This document shows, in pieces, positions 31,199 through 42,426 of a stretch of DNA of 64,000 nt. The notes beneath the pieces were generated by a model. That model was not told the origin of the DNA, did not search any database, and saw nothing but the letters and a program-made list of their open reading frames with translations. This DNA comes from a bacterium (GTDB lineage Bacteria; Auribacterota; JABMQX01): positions 3,949 through 67,948 of the forward strand of contig JAUYEE010000115.1 in the NCBI GenBank assembly GCA_030691545.1, written 5' to 3'. A program made the position numbers and the translations under genes. Every line of letters starts with the position of its first letter. The first letter of the stretch is position 1.

Positions 31199-31272
31199 TG
31201 GGCCAGGTAGGACTCGAACCTACGACCAACGGATTATGAGTCCGCCGCTCTGACCGACTGAGCTACTGGCCC
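31199..31272 (-). tRNA. tRNA with CAT anticodon, probably tRNA-Ile2 (elongator tRNA-Met not excluded)
   Basis: GGGCCAGTAGCTCAGTCGGTCAGAGCGGCGGACTCATAATCCGTTGGTCGTAGGTTCGAGTCCTACCTGGCCCA forms a full cloverleaf; CCA not encoded. Confidence 0.95.
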
Positions 31273-31339
31273 CTGCTCTTTCGGGGAAAAGCAATGACGC
31301 GGTCGCCCCCCCCTGAAATTACTCACGACCGCCGTTTCC

Positions 31340-31368
31340 TTTATACCTGAGGATGCGAGGTGAGACAA
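31340..31368 (-). promoter_or_regulatory. Putative sigma-70 promoter of the tRNA
   Basis: TTGTCT-N17-TATAAA. Confidence 0.5.
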
Positions 31369-31689
31369 GAGTTTTCGCATGGGCAGCGTTACCTCGTGGA
31401 AGATGCGCCGCCAGGCAGAAGGATTCCCCGACGGGTCTGTGTTATGATAAGAGCCGTTGCTCGACAGCGAATGGCTGCGGGCTTATCATCTCACTTTGGC
31501 AGGAGGGGGCGAACATGCGGCGGAACGTGCGACGTAAAATGGCAACGATGCGACCGGGGTGAGCGCGGTGCCCTGAGGGACAAGACTCGATCCGCTCGCG
31601 GCGGAAAGAATGGATGTGTCAGACTGCCGGGTCAACCGTTTCGGCCCGTCAATCTCAGCACCTGAAAGCGACAGAGGAAAGGAACACTG

Positions 31690-33426
31690 ATGATGTCAGA
31701 CGGGAGCAAGAAGCCTTACGCTGTGGAAGTCCGCCTGAACAGACGGAAGTTGCTGGGGACGATGGCCGCAGGCGCAGCAACTCTGGTGCTCCCGTGTCGT
31801 CGCGCCAGGGCGGAAAACGCGCAGGCGCCTCGCCGTCCGAACATTGTCCTGATTATCGCGGATGACCAGGGGTATGGGGACATAGGTTGTCATGGAAACG
31901 AGAAGATTCGCACGCCGAACCTCGATCGTCTCGCAAGAGAGAGTGTCGAGTTCACGCAGTTCTATGTTTCGCCGGTTTGTTCGCCGACTCGGGCCTCCCT
32001 GATGACGGGGCGATACAACTACCGGACAGGGGTTGTGGATACGTACCTCGGTCGCTCGATGATGCACCCGGACGAGGTGACCCTCGCCGAGATACTTGCC
32101 AAAGCGGGTTACCGCACGGGGATTTTCGGCAAATGGCATCTGGGCGACAATTACCCCATGCGGCCCATTGACCAGGGTTTTCAGGAGGCGCTGGTTCACA
32201 AAGGAGGCGGCATTGGGCAACCGTCCGATCCTCCGGGCGGCAACAGCTATTTCGACCCGATCCTCCAGCACAATGGAGTGCAGGAGAAGTTCAGCGGTTA
32301 TTGCACGGATGTCTTCACCGGCGCCGCCATGCGGTTCATTGAAGACAGCCGCCATCATCCCTTTTTCGTTTACCTCGCTACAAACGCGCCGCACACTCCT
32401 CTCCAGATAAGCGAGTCCTACGTTTCGCCCTACCTGGAGATGGGGCTGGACGAAACCACGGCAAAAGTGTACGGAATGGTCGCGAATATTGATGAGAACG
32501 TGGGGCGCTTGCTGGCGGGACTGAAGAAGTCGGGGCTCGAGGAGAACACGATCGTCATTTTTCTGACAGACAACGGGCCCCAGCAGGAGCGATACAATTG
32601 CGGTTTGCGCGGGCGAAAAGGAACCGTCTATGAGGGCGGCATACGCGTGCCGTGTTTCGTGCGATGGCCAGCGATGCTTAAGTCCGGGCGGAACATTGAC
32701 AGGATCGCGGCCCACATTGACATTCTTGCCACGCTTCTCGATGCCTGCGGCGTGGCAATACCTGGCGGGCTGCTCCTCGACGGAGTCAGTCTACTGCCGC
32801 TGCTTCGGGGTCAGAATGTTCCGTGGCCTGACCGGACGCTTTTCTTCCAGTGGCATCGCGGGGATGTGCCCGAGCTTTATCGAGCCTGTGCGGCTCGCTC
32901 CCAGAGATACAAGCTCGTCAATGGAAAAGAGCTTTACGACACTGCCACAGACCCGGGCGAAACGAATGATATCGCGGCGACGCATCCCGATATCGTGGAA
33001 CGGTTGCTCGCCGCGTATGAGAAATGGTTCCGCGACGTGTCTGCAACCCGCGGATACGACCCGCCGAGAATCTATCTGGGGACGCGGTTCGAGAATCCCG
33101 TCACGCTCACTCGCCAGGATTGGCGAGGGCCCCGCGCGGGCTGGGGAAATGACTCGCTGGGCCACTGGGAGGTTTTTGTGCAACAGGCTGGCGATTGCGC
33201 GGTCACGCTCCGGTTCGCCCCGACGCGAGCAGAGACAGCCGTTCACTTCAAGCTGGGTAACGTCAACCTGAGCCAAACAGTCAAGACAGGCTCGGAGACG
33301 TGCAGGTTCGACTCCGTTCGGCTTGAAACGGGGGAAGTCCGACTCGAAGCCTGGCTGGGAAGCGGAGAGAAAAGCGTGGGCGTTTCGTATGTGGACGTAG
33401 AGAGGCTGGATGGACGTGGGCAATGA
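31690..33426 (+). CDS. Arylsulfatase (S1), Tat-exported
   Basis: NRRKLLG, IADDQG, CSPTRASLMTGR, GKWHLG, TDNG. Confidence 0.95.
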   Translation: MMSDGSKKPYAVEVRLNRRKLLGTMAAGAATLVLPCRRARAENAQAPRRPNIVLIIADDQGYGDIGCHGNEKIRTPNLDRLARESVEFTQFYVSPVCSPTRASLMTGRYNYRTGVVDTYLGRSMMHPDEVTLAEILAKAGYRTGIFGKWHLGDNYPMRPIDQGFQEALVHKGGGIGQPSDPPGGNSYFDPILQHNGVQEKFSGYCTDVFTGAAMRFIEDSRHHPFFVYLATNAPHTPLQISESYVSPYLEMGLDETTAKVYGMVANIDENVGRLLAGLKKSGLEENTIVIFLTDNGPQQERYNCGLRGRKGTVYEGGIRVPCFVRWPAMLKSGRNIDRIAAHIDILATLLDACGVAIPGGLLLDGVSLLPLLRGQNVPWPDRTLFFQWHRGDVPELYRACAARSQRYKLVNGKELYDTATDPGETNDIAATHPDIVERLLAAYEKWFRDVSATRGYDPPRIYLGTRFENPVTLTRQDWRGPRAGWGNDSLGHWEVFVQQAGDCAVTLRFAPTRAETAVHFKLGNVNLSQTVKTGSETCRFDSVRLETGEVRLEAWLGSGEKSVGVSYVDVERLDGRGQ

Positions 33427-33444
33427 CGAGAGGAGGCAGGAGAG

Positions 33445-34638
33445 ATGTCCTGGACAATGAAAAATCATCTCCGCGAACAAATCGCTCGGATAGAAAGAGA
33501 CGGGCTTTATAAGAACGAGCGAGTCATTACCAGCCCGCAGCATGCGCACATCCGGGTCGAGGACCGCACAGCGTCCCGCGAAGTGCTGAACATGTGCGCC
33601 AACAACTATCTTGGACTGGCGAACCATCCGGAACTGATTCAGGCGGCGAAAGAGGGTCTCGACCGCTGGGGCTATGGCCTGGCGTCGGTTCGATTCATCT
33701 GTGGAACGCAGCAGGTCCACAAGCTTCTTGAGGACAAGCTCTCCGACTTTCTCGGGACCGAAGACACGATCCTGTACACCTCCTGTTTCGACGCCAATGG
33801 CGGATTGTTTGAGACCCTTCTTTCCGAGGAAGACTGCGTGATAAGTGACGAACTCAACCATGCGAGCATCATTGACGGCATCCGCTTGTGCAAAGCCAAG
33901 CGGCTTCGCTATCGAAACCGCGACATGGGTGAGCTGGAAAGGCGACTCCAAGAGTCTCAAGACGCTCGCTTCCGCATGATCGCCACTGATGGGGTTTTTT
34001 CCATGGATGGGGCGATTGCGAGATTGCGCGAGATATGCGATCTGGCCGACAACTATGCCGCCCTGGTCATGGTGGACGATTCGCACGGCGTTGGCGTCCT
34101 CGGTGAGTCCGGCCGAGGCACCCACGAACACTGCGGCGTCATGGGACGCGTGGACATCCTTACGGGAACTCTGGGCAAAGCCCTCGGCGGAGCCAGCGGC
34201 GGATACACCAGCGGCAGAAAAGAGATTGTGGAACTGCTTCGCCAGCGTTCGCGGCCGTATCTGTTCTCGAACACCGTGGCGCCAGCCATAGTGGCGGCGT
34301 CTCTGAAGGGTTTGGACATTCTGATGTCTTCGGATAGTCTGAGAACTCGGCTCAGAGAGAACACACGGCGGTTCCGCGAGAAAATGACGGCCTGCGGATT
34401 TGAGATTAAGCCGGGGGAGCATCCCATCGTACCGATCATGCTCGGCGACGCGGTCCTCGCACAGCGAATGGCCGCCAGAATGTTGGAGAAAGGGGTTTGC
34501 GTCATAGGATTCTTCTATCCGGTTGTTCCCGAAGGCACAGCCCGTATCCGCGTCCAGTTATCCGCCGCCCACTCCCAGCAAGATATTGATTTCGCCGTCG
34601 AGATGTTCAAAGAAGTGAAGGACGAATTTGGCATCTGA
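33445..34638 (+). CDS. kbl: Glycine C-acetyltransferase
   Basis: [30 protein letters not shown]. Confidence 0.97.
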   Translation: MSWTMKNHLREQIARIERDGLYKNERVITSPQHAHIRVEDRTASREVLNMCANNYLGLANHPELIQAAKEGLDRWGYGLASVRFICGTQQVHKLLEDKLSDFLGTEDTILYTSCFDANGGLFETLLSEEDCVISDELNHASIIDGIRLCKAKRLRYRNRDMGELERRLQESQDARFRMIATDGVFSMDGAIARLREICDLADNYAALVMVDDSHGVGVLGESGRGTHEHCGVMGRVDILTGTLGKALGGASGGYTSGRKEIVELLRQRSRPYLFSNTVAPAIVAASLKGLDILMSSDSLRTRLRENTRRFREKMTACGFEIKPGEHPIVPIMLGDAVLAQRMAARMLEKGVCVIGFFYPVVPEGTARIRVQLSAAHSQQDIDFAVEMFKEVKDEFGI

Positions 34639-34654
34639 AGCGGAAGGATTCCGA

Positions 34655-35704
34655 ATGAACAAGACGATGAAGGCGCTGGTGAAGAGCAAAAAGGAGCCGG
34701 GACTGTGGCTGGAAGAGGTCCCGGTTCCAGAAATCGGCGTCAACGACGTTCTCATCAGAATCCACAAGACGGCCATTTGTGGGACGGACGTACATATCTG
34801 GAACTGGGACGCATGGGCACAGAAGACAATCCCTGTGCCCATGGTAGTCGGCCACGAGTTTGCGGGCACTGTAACTGCCATGGGGAGCAATGTGACGGAC
34901 CTGGAGATCGGCGATGTCGTTTCTGGCGAAGGACACATTGTGTGTGGGCGTTGCCGCAACTGCCTGGCCGGGCGAAGACATCTTTGCATGAGAACCAGCG
35001 GCGTGGGAATCGAGCGGCCCGGCGCCTATGCCGAGTACTTGTCCATTCCTATCACGAACGTGTGGCACGCTGATCCCACGATTCCCATGGATATCCTCTC
35101 GATCTTCGATCCTTTCGGGAACGCGACGCATACGGCCCTGTCTTTCAGGGTGCTTGGCGAAGACGTGCTGATCACCGGTGCAGGCCCCATCGGCTGCATG
35201 GCGACGTCCGTCGTGAAGCACGCCGGCGCGCGATACGTCGTCGTGACCGACATGAATCCCTATCGTCTCGCGTTGGCAAAGAGGATGGGGGCTACGATGA
35301 CCGTTAACGTGCGAGAGGGACGGCCCCTCAAAGACGTCCAGAAGGAATTGGGAATGAAAGAGGGGTTTGACGTGGGACTTGAGATGTCCGGAAGCGGCGA
35401 CGCTTTCAAGGAAATGCTCTCCAACATGTGTCACGGTGGGAAGGTCGCCATGTTGGGCATCCCCACGCAGGAACTCGCCATTGACTGGAGCACTGTTATC
35501 TTCAACATGATTACCATCAGAGGCATCTACGGTCGGGAGATGTATGAGACCTGGTACATGATGCAGTCCATGATCCAGACCGGCCTGGACATCTCTCCCG
35601 TGATCACTCATCGTTTCCGTTACACGGAGTTCGAAGAGGCTTTCGAGGTGATGCGCTCCGGGAACTCGGGAAAGGTGCTCCTGAACTGGGTTGATGAATC
35701 GTGA
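34655..35704 (+). CDS. tdh: L-threonine 3-dehydrogenase
   Basis: [36 protein letters not shown]. Confidence 0.97.
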   Translation: MNKTMKALVKSKKEPGLWLEEVPVPEIGVNDVLIRIHKTAICGTDVHIWNWDAWAQKTIPVPMVVGHEFAGTVTAMGSNVTDLEIGDVVSGEGHIVCGRCRNCLAGRRHLCMRTSGVGIERPGAYAEYLSIPITNVWHADPTIPMDILSIFDPFGNATHTALSFRVLGEDVLITGAGPIGCMATSVVKHAGARYVVVTDMNPYRLALAKRMGATMTVNVREGRPLKDVQKELGMKEGFDVGLEMSGSGDAFKEMLSNMCHGGKVAMLGIPTQELAIDWSTVIFNMITIRGIYGREMYETWYMMQSMIQTGLDISPVITHRFRYTEFEEAFEVMRSGNSGKVLLNWVDES

Positions 35705-35720
35705 ACGGAGAGACACGCTA

Positions 35721-35949
35721 AGTTCAGGTGTTCATAGATGCGGTGACGAACCCTCACAGAGCGTCGCTGATGAATGAGGCTGCCTGCGCTGGCCGTCCGT
35801 GCCGGGCTTCAGCCGGCACATCCTCGTTAGCCACCCGCTTCAGCGGGTGGTGACGCTCTGCGGGTTATGGTGTCGGAGCCGGCTTCAGCCGGGCTTCTCG
35901 ACGAATGGATTCATCCGTAATACGTCACTGAGTTTATCAAACGGGCACT
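35721..35949. mobile_element. MITE-like element family A, copy 1 (imperfect ~30-bp TIRs plus triple-palindrome REP core)
   Basis: Left end AGTTCAGGTGTTCATAGATGCGGTGACG; right end reverse complement AGTGCCCGTTTGATAAACTCAGTGACG; core GCCGGGCTTCAGCCGGC...TTAGCCAC...GGCTTCTCGA...GGATTCAT. Confidence 0.65.
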
Positions 35950-36029
35950 GAGCTATTTCGGTTGCTCGTCATGGCGAACCGCAGGAGCTAACTGTTTGTG
36001 GCACAGATAAAGGAAAGGAGAAAACGAGT

Positions 36030-37331
36030 ATGGAGAAGAACAGAATCAGGAGGGACGAGTCCGGGGTCTCACGGCGAGACTTCATCAAAACGTCGGCCGC
36101 GGTGTCTCTGTCAGCGATGCTGGCCCACAGCGGCAACGTTTTCGCTGAAGGTTCCGACGCAATCCGTGTGGGATTGATCGGATGCGGCGGCCGGGGCTCC
36201 GGAGCCGCAAAGGACTGTCTCGAGTCGGCGGATGGCGTCGAGCTTATCAGTATGGGTGACCTGTTCAAGGACCGCCTGGACGATACATTCAAGCGACTGA
36301 AAGGCAGGTTCCCAGACAAGGTGAAGGTTACCCCCGACACGTCCTTTGTGGGTTTTGATGCCTATGAGAAGGTTATCGCCTGCGATGTGAATATGGTCAT
36401 CCTGGCAACTCCGCCAGGTTTTCGACCGATGCATCTTAAAGCGGCTATCGAGGCGGGCAAGCATGTGTTCATGGAGAAGCCTGTCGCAGTGGACCCCGTC
36501 GGAGTGCGCTCGATCTTAGCTTCGTCCGAGCTGGCAAAGAAGAAAGGACTCGGTATTGTAGCGGGCACACAACGCCGTCACCAGGCGCATTACGTTGAAA
36601 TCATGAAACGGATTCACAGCGGCGCCCTCGGCGACATCGCCTCCGCTCAATGCTACTGGAACCAGGGCGGAATGGGGGACTACTGGAAGTACTACGAGAG
36701 GGACGGCCTCTCAGACATGGAATGGCAGTGCCGCAACTGGAGCGTTTTTACGTGGCTGTCTGGAGACCACATCGTCGAACAGCACGTTCACAATCTGGAC
36801 ATCATCAACTGGGCACTCGGCTCCCATCCGATCAAGGCACTGGGGATGGGCGGACGACAGGTCCGCGTAGGCCCGCGCGCTGGCAATATCTACGACCATT
36901 TCGCAGTCGAACTCGAGTACCCAAATGGCGTCAGGGTCTTGAGCATGTGCAGGCAGATACCGGGTTGCACCGACCAGGTTGCCGAGCGAGTTATCGGCAC
37001 AAAGGGCCTCTCCTATACCAACAGCGAGATGGGCAGGATCGAGGGGGCCAACGCCTTCGTGTACGGCGGCCCCAATCCGAATCCCTACGTCGTCGAACAT
37101 GCCGATCTGATACGAAGCATCCGCAAAGGCGAGCCCCTGAACGAGGGAAAGAATGTCGCGGAGGGCACTCTGGCGGCGGTGCTCGGCAGAATGAGCACCT
37201 ATACCGGCAAGGAGTTGACGTGGGATTGGGCGATGAACGAGTCCAGGCTGGACCTCTCGCCTCCAAAATACGAGTTTGGCGATTTGCCGGCGGCGCCGGT
37301 GCCAGTACCGGGTGAGACACGACCCATCTGA
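36030..37331 (+). CDS. Gfo/Idh/MocA oxidoreductase, Tat signal
   Basis: SRRDFIK, GCGGRG, EKPVA, EQHVHNLD. Confidence 0.95.
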   Translation: MEKNRIRRDESGVSRRDFIKTSAAVSLSAMLAHSGNVFAEGSDAIRVGLIGCGGRGSGAAKDCLESADGVELISMGDLFKDRLDDTFKRLKGRFPDKVKVTPDTSFVGFDAYEKVIACDVNMVILATPPGFRPMHLKAAIEAGKHVFMEKPVAVDPVGVRSILASSELAKKKGLGIVAGTQRRHQAHYVEIMKRIHSGALGDIASAQCYWNQGGMGDYWKYYERDGLSDMEWQCRNWSVFTWLSGDHIVEQHVHNLDIINWALGSHPIKALGMGGRQVRVGPRAGNIYDHFAVELEYPNGVRVLSMCRQIPGCTDQVAERVIGTKGLSYTNSEMGRIEGANAFVYGGPNPNPYVVEHADLIRSIRKGEPLNEGKNVAEGTLAAVLGRMSTYTGKELTWDWAMNESRLDLSPPKYEFGDLPAAPVPVPGETRPI

Positions 37332-37445
37332 CATCCGATAACTGTAACTCAACGCAAGCGCCGCGGTGACGGATGGACGAAGATACAGGCCCGCAGGGCG
37401 GGGCCTGCGCTACCATTCATCGCCCTCCCCTCGCTCACCCGACAC

Positions 37446-38792
37446 TTACAACGTCCAGCCCGACCGATAGTCTCGATGGAGGAATCGGTTGGATTCGGTG
37501 CAGTTGACGATTTTGCCGTTCAAAGGATCGTACTCAAGCGGATGACCGACGAGAACTGCGGCGTTTCCGAGCTGGATCAACTCTGTCAGGGGCCCGCCGA
37601 TGTCAAAGGTGGAGAACGGCTTCGGCCCGCCTTTACAAGCGAGAACCCATTCCTCGTGGTGCCCGGGCGACCGAGGCAAAGTCGGCTGCGGGCCCTCAAA
37701 TCCCTCGAACTCCTTCTGTGGCAGCAAAACGAATCGGGTGTTCCACGGGCAGTCCGAGAACACAGCTCCTTTGCTCCCGAGGACCAGACAGCCATTGTCC
37801 GTCATCGGGTGACCGAGGAGCACGTCCTGCGGCGGTTTCGGCCCGCCGTTGTACCAGGTCAGCTTCACGGGAGGCAACTCGCCCCGTGCGGGAAATGTGT
37901 ACCGCAGGATGATCCACCGGGGGTACGTTTCGGGATGCGCTTCAGACGCCTCCGCTTCGACGCGGATAATGGGCGGAGAGGAAGACTTCTCAAAAAGCCG
38001 GGCATCCCACAGCCGCTCCAACCGAAGCGCCCGGAACGCCATATTCATCGTGTGGCATCCGAAGTCGCCCAGGCAGCCCGAGCCAAATGCTCGCCAGTTG
38101 CGCCAACTGCCCGGAGCGTAGGCCGCGTGATAGGGACGATAGGGCGCTGGGCCAAGCCACAAATCCCAATGAAGCCCCGGTGGCACAGGCGGCTCATCCT
38201 TTGGCCGGTCCTGGGGACCGTTGCCGCCGTCGAACCAGACGTGGGCTTCCCGAAGCTCTCCCACAACTCCTCCCCAGGCGAGTTCCACCGCCCGACGCAA
38301 TCCTTCACTCGCGGAGCCTTGATTTCCCATCTGCGTGACGACATTGTGTTTTGCTGCCGTCTCCCGCATCACCCGTGCTTCATAAACCGTGCGGGTCAGC
38401 GGTTTTTCGCAATAAGAGTGCTTGCCCAACTTTATCGCCGTTACGGCAGCGACGGCGTGGGTATGGTCGGGCGTACTCACGACGACTGCATCAATCTGAT
38501 CGTGCATCTCGTCGAGCATCTTGCGGAAGTCGGCATACCGTTTGGCGTCGGGGAAACGCCGGGATGCTGACGCGGTCACTCTCTCATCCGCGTCGCACAA
38601 AGCCACAATATTTTCGCTGGCGACGGCGCCGGTGTTGCCCCCGCCCTGTCCACCCGCCCCGATGATGGCGATGTCGAGCTTCTCGTTCGGCGAGTTGGTG
38701 TCAGCCCAGACACTCCTGCGGGCTGCCCATAGCCCGACGCCTGATAGAGCGGTTCTTCGAAGCATTTCTCTACGACTGATTCTGTCCGCCAT
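37446..38792 (-). CDS. Gfo/Idh/MocA oxidoreductase, Tat signal
   Basis: MADRISRREMLR, GAGGQG, TPDHTH, CEKPL, WDLWLGPAP; AGGAG RBS before 38792. Confidence 0.95.
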   Translation of the reverse strand: MADRISRREMLRRTALSGVGLWAARRSVWADTNSPNEKLDIAIIGAGGQGGGNTGAVASENIVALCDADERVTASASRRFPDAKRYADFRKMLDEMHDQIDAVVVSTPDHTHAVAAVTAIKLGKHSYCEKPLTRTVYEARVMRETAAKHNVVTQMGNQGSASEGLRRAVELAWGGVVGELREAHVWFDGGNGPQDRPKDEPPVPPGLHWDLWLGPAPYRPYHAAYAPGSWRNWRAFGSGCLGDFGCHTMNMAFRALRLERLWDARLFEKSSSPPIIRVEAEASEAHPETYPRWIILRYTFPARGELPPVKLTWYNGGPKPPQDVLLGHPMTDNGCLVLGSKGAVFSDCPWNTRFVLLPQKEFEGFEGPQPTLPRSPGHHEEWVLACKGGPKPFSTFDIGGPLTELIQLGNAAVLVGHPLEYDPLNGKIVNCTESNRFLHRDYRSGWTL

Positions 38793-39052
38793 GATCCGAT
38801 CTCCTATCTTGAGAGCCTGAGCACATGCTTTTTCTTCTCCGCCGTTATTGTGTCCCATCCGTCGCCAGCCCGCAATGACGAAGTTGAATCCAGCCATCGT
38901 CCGGCATCCCCGGCGCGCTTTGGTTCTTGGGTAAGGCCAGGCGCCTGCGCGCGATGAGCGATATGGCGACGCTGCCGGAGTAGATGAAGAAAAACACACC
39001 TTGTCATTGGCTCTGGCAGAGGCTGGTTGGGAGAGGACACTTAAACCCGGAT

Positions 39053-40300
39053 TCACCGGGGCGGATTCTCGTACCAGATGACGCCGAGGTTGGCTTGTTC
39101 CTCGCAGGTAATTACATCGAGGTCGCCGTCATGATCGAGATCAAGAAGCTGAACCAGGTCGAATTTGATCCCCTCCGGTCCGCTGATGTCGTGCGCGTCC
39201 CAGACGGAGTCCGTAACGTCCCCTGGACAGGAAAGCCACATAACTCCTGACTTCTCACGGGCACCCTCGCAACTGAAAACAATGTCGAGCTTCCCGTCCA
39301 GGTTGATGTCGCCGACGTTGACTCCTTTTCCATTTCCAGCTTGCTCGGGCAGCCTGATTGGGTAACTCCGCCACACAAGCCCGTCCCGCTGCAACCGGCG
39401 GTGATACACCAGCTCGCGCCCGGCGATAGCGGTGAGTACATCGAGCAATCCATCTCCGTCGAGGTCAAAAGGTACGAGAAACATCACTTCCTTGTCGGAA
39501 CTCCCGATCGGATGCTCCTTCCATACCGCGGCATCTGCTAAAACGTCTCTCGGACGTTCCAGATAGAAGCATCCGCGCGCGGGTCCCTTTCGGTCGGTCG
39601 CCAGAATATCGAGGTCGCCATCTCCATCCATGTCGGTCGCGAACAACGACATGACCCAGCCCGCTTTGCGAATCGGATGCCATTTCCAGTTGGCGAGGTC
39701 GCGCGGGTTTCCCGGAGACTCCAGCCAACCGACCTGTCCCCCGTCACCTTTAGAGCCCGCGACGAGGTCCAAGCCGTTCTTCCCGTCTAACTGAACGGGA
39801 ACGCAGAACATCCAGCTCCCGGCTGCCTGGGTGACGGGGATCGGCTCGGTCTTCCATGACGAGGAGTCCAGGAACGCCCCCTTTTCTTTCGGCGACCAAT
39901 GCACGTACATGGTTTTTACCTCGCCCTCACAGCAGCTCACGACGTCAACGGCCCCGTCGCCGTCCAGGTCCACGAACACAGCATCCTCCGGCGAGCCAAC
40001 AGCTCCAGCCGTCACGGCAGGCCACTTCTCTCGAACATGAGAGCGGCCCGGGTTCAAGTAGGCCCTTATCAACCCCCCTTCTTCCCACGGTGTGGCAATG
40101 TCCATCAACCCATCCCCGTTCACGTCCGCGAGGCGCACTCCGTCGGCTCCGCGTGAAGAATCGTCAATCGTGTGCCGGAGCCAGGGCTTCTCCCTATCCT
40201 CGGCGGATGCGAGACATGGCCCTGCGACGAGCACACCGGCACCGATGACGAACATCAAAATCATGCGTCTGTGCCGGCTCCTCGAAAGAAACGCTGTCAC
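39053..40300 (-). CDS. Secreted FG-GAP/VCBS beta-propeller protein
   Basis: Seven DxDGDGxxD-type repeats; signal peptide. Confidence 0.9.
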   Translation of the reverse strand: MTAFLSRSRHRRMILMFVIGAGVLVAGPCLASAEDREKPWLRHTIDDSSRGADGVRLADVNGDGLMDIATPWEEGGLIRAYLNPGRSHVREKWPAVTAGAVGSPEDAVFVDLDGDGAVDVVSCCEGEVKTMYVHWSPKEKGAFLDSSSWKTEPIPVTQAAGSWMFCVPVQLDGKNGLDLVAGSKGDGGQVGWLESPGNPRDLANWKWHPIRKAGWVMSLFATDMDGDGDLDILATDRKGPARGCFYLERPRDVLADAAVWKEHPIGSSDKEVMFLVPFDLDGDGLLDVLTAIAGRELVYHRRLQRDGLVWRSYPIRLPEQAGNGKGVNVGDINLDGKLDIVFSCEGAREKSGVMWLSCPGDVTDSVWDAHDISGPEGIKFDLVQLLDLDHDGDLDVITCEEQANLGVIWYENPPR

Positions 40301-40381
40301 GATTGCTCGCTCCCGGTCATCGCGTTTTGCAGACGTTGGCCTTTCTGGGTCGCCCGCGTTACAGAAAGGGCAAAATCGTTT

Positions 40382-42190
40382 TCAAAGGGGCGGGGGGAGA
40401 TACATCTTCCTGTTCGCTGCGGTGATGCGCTCGGCGTCCATCTTGATGAGGGCGCGGTCGTACGTCATCAGTCCGTTCACCTCGATCTCCACATCGGTGG
40501 TCTGGGTGTAAACGGCTGCCGACAGCCCCGGCGACTGAATCAGAGGACGCAGGTTTTGCAGAAGGGCAAGATACGCATTGGTCAACGATTCGCGGTCCTC
40601 GAAACTGCGGTAACCCCAGTTCTTCTCATCCTGCCAGGTATGCCCGCGCAGGGGCAACCCCAATCCGCCGAATTCCCCCAGCACCGCCGCGCGATTCGGC
40701 TCCGGCGGGACAGCCGCGGGACCGGGGTAACTATGGATGTCGTGCACGTCGCCGACCCCCATGTCATTCCAGCCGCTCGCACAGTCCACAAGGCGAGTCG
40801 GATCGAGCGCCTTGATTCTTTCGACGATGCGCGCCGTGTCGTACTGCCCCCATCCCTCGTTAAAGGGAACCCACATGACGATGGATGGATGGTTGAAATG
40901 TGTCTCGACCAGCGCCGTCAGTTCCCGTTCGAACTGCTCGGCGGACTCCTTCGAGCGTGTGATCTCCCCTTGACCGCTCCGCGCAAAACGGTCGCCGCTT
41001 GGCATGTCCTGCCAGACGAGAAGTCCGAGGCGGTCCGCCCAGTAATACCAGCGGTCCGGCTCCACCTTGACGTGCTTCCGGCACATATTGAAACCGAGTT
41101 GCTTGGTCGCCTCGATGTCGTAGCGAAGGGCCTCATCCGTCGGAGCTATGTAGATTCCATCCGGCCAGAAGCCCTGGTCGAGGGGACCGAACATGAACAG
41201 CGGTTTGTTATTGAGGAAGATTCGCGTGATGCCATTTTCATCTTTCCCAAGAGACGCCTTTCGCATCCCAAAGTAGCTGGTCACCTCGTCCATCGCCTCG
41301 CCCCCTTTCATCATCGTCACTGTCAGATCGTACAGGTAGGGCGAGTCCGGCGACCAGAGCTTTGCTTCGGGGACCAACAGGCGGATTTCCGTGTTGGAGG
41401 CGGCCTCCGCCCTGGCAATCGCCCGGCCGCCATCGTGGACTTCGACGATTGCCCGTGCCTCCGGCATCCCCTGGGAGAAGTACACTGCCACCCTCACTTC
41501 GCCCGCATCAACGTCCGGCACGATTTTGAGACCTTTGATGTAAACCTCCCGATTGACCGGCTCAAGCCATACCGTCTGCCAGATGCCCGTCGTCGAAGTG
41601 TACCAGATGCTGTGAGGTTCGGTGACCTGCTTGCCGCGTGCCTGATGACTTTTGTCGGTCGGGTCCCACACAGAAACGACAAGCTCCTGTGTTCCGGAAG
41701 GCTTAAGTGCATCGGTAATATCGAATGAGAACCGGGCATAGCCCCCTCGGTGCTTGCCGAGTTCTCTCCCGTTGACCAAGACAGTCGTCTCCCAATCCAC
41801 CGCCTCGAAATGGAGGAGCACCCGGCGACCCGACCACGACGTGGGCAACTCGAAGCCGCGCCGGTACCAAAGCCGGTTGTTCTCACCGACCCGCTTCATC
41901 ACGCCTGAAAGGGCGGACTCTATGGGGAAAGGCACAAGAATCTCCCCGTCGAACTTCTGCGGCCGTGCTTCCTCCTTCGGTCGAATCGCATAGTCCCACA
42001 GTCCGTTGAGATTGAGCCACTCCCGCCGCACCATCTGAGGGCGCGGATATTCCGGGTAAGCATTCTCCGGCGAAACGTCCTTCGCCCAGCGCGTCGCCAA
42101 AGGCCCCTTGGCAGGCTGCCACGCAGCCCACGTTGATGCGCCGAGTGACAACACTGTTAGCACTGCGATCCAATACCCTGCTTGTTTCAT
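40382..42190 (-). CDS. Glycoside hydrolase family 2
   Basis: PEYPRPQ, LNGLWDY, LDQGFWPDG, WVPFNEGWGQ, LGEFGG; signal peptide. Confidence 0.95.
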   Translation of the reverse strand: MKQAGYWIAVLTVLSLGASTWAAWQPAKGPLATRWAKDVSPENAYPEYPRPQMVRREWLNLNGLWDYAIRPKEEARPQKFDGEILVPFPIESALSGVMKRVGENNRLWYRRGFELPTSWSGRRVLLHFEAVDWETTVLVNGRELGKHRGGYARFSFDITDALKPSGTQELVVSVWDPTDKSHQARGKQVTEPHSIWYTSTTGIWQTVWLEPVNREVYIKGLKIVPDVDAGEVRVAVYFSQGMPEARAIVEVHDGGRAIARAEAASNTEIRLLVPEAKLWSPDSPYLYDLTVTMMKGGEAMDEVTSYFGMRKASLGKDENGITRIFLNNKPLFMFGPLDQGFWPDGIYIAPTDEALRYDIEATKQLGFNMCRKHVKVEPDRWYYWADRLGLLVWQDMPSGDRFARSGQGEITRSKESAEQFERELTALVETHFNHPSIVMWVPFNEGWGQYDTARIVERIKALDPTRLVDCASGWNDMGVGDVHDIHSYPGPAAVPPEPNRAAVLGEFGGLGLPLRGHTWQDEKNWGYRSFEDRESLTNAYLALLQNLRPLIQSPGLSAAVYTQTTDVEIEVNGLMTYDRALIKMDAERITAANRKMYLPPPL

Positions 42191-42206
42191 GTCCTCTCTC
42201 CCTTGA

Positions 42207-42426
42207 TTGTGGGGCAGGCATCCTGCCTGCGATTTTGCGGGTGACAGAGGGCGCTTGGTTGACCGAACACATGGGAAACGACGGCATCCGTCGCCGCGCA
42301 GTTCGCTGGCTCACCTTCTGCCGTTCATGCCCTCGGTTTATGTTGCACAGGTCAGGATAGCGAAATCCCGTCGCGAATAAAAGCGCCGCGTGATGCGCTC
42401 AATTGTGGGGCGGGCATCCTGCCTGC
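42207..42426. repeat. Two direct copies of REP-like palindrome TTGTGGGGC(A/G)GGCATCCTGCCTGC
   Basis: Copies at 42207-42230 and 42403-42426. Confidence 0.8.

Noticed and set aside
30846-31229. 127-aa ORF as an intact integrase
   Set aside because: It starts inside the tRNA, only about 58 aa are homologous and the catalytic Tyr is lost
32791-34422. 543-aa minus-strand ORF
   Set aside because: Antisense shadow of the sulfatase and kbl genes, with no motifs; expected in GC-rich DNA
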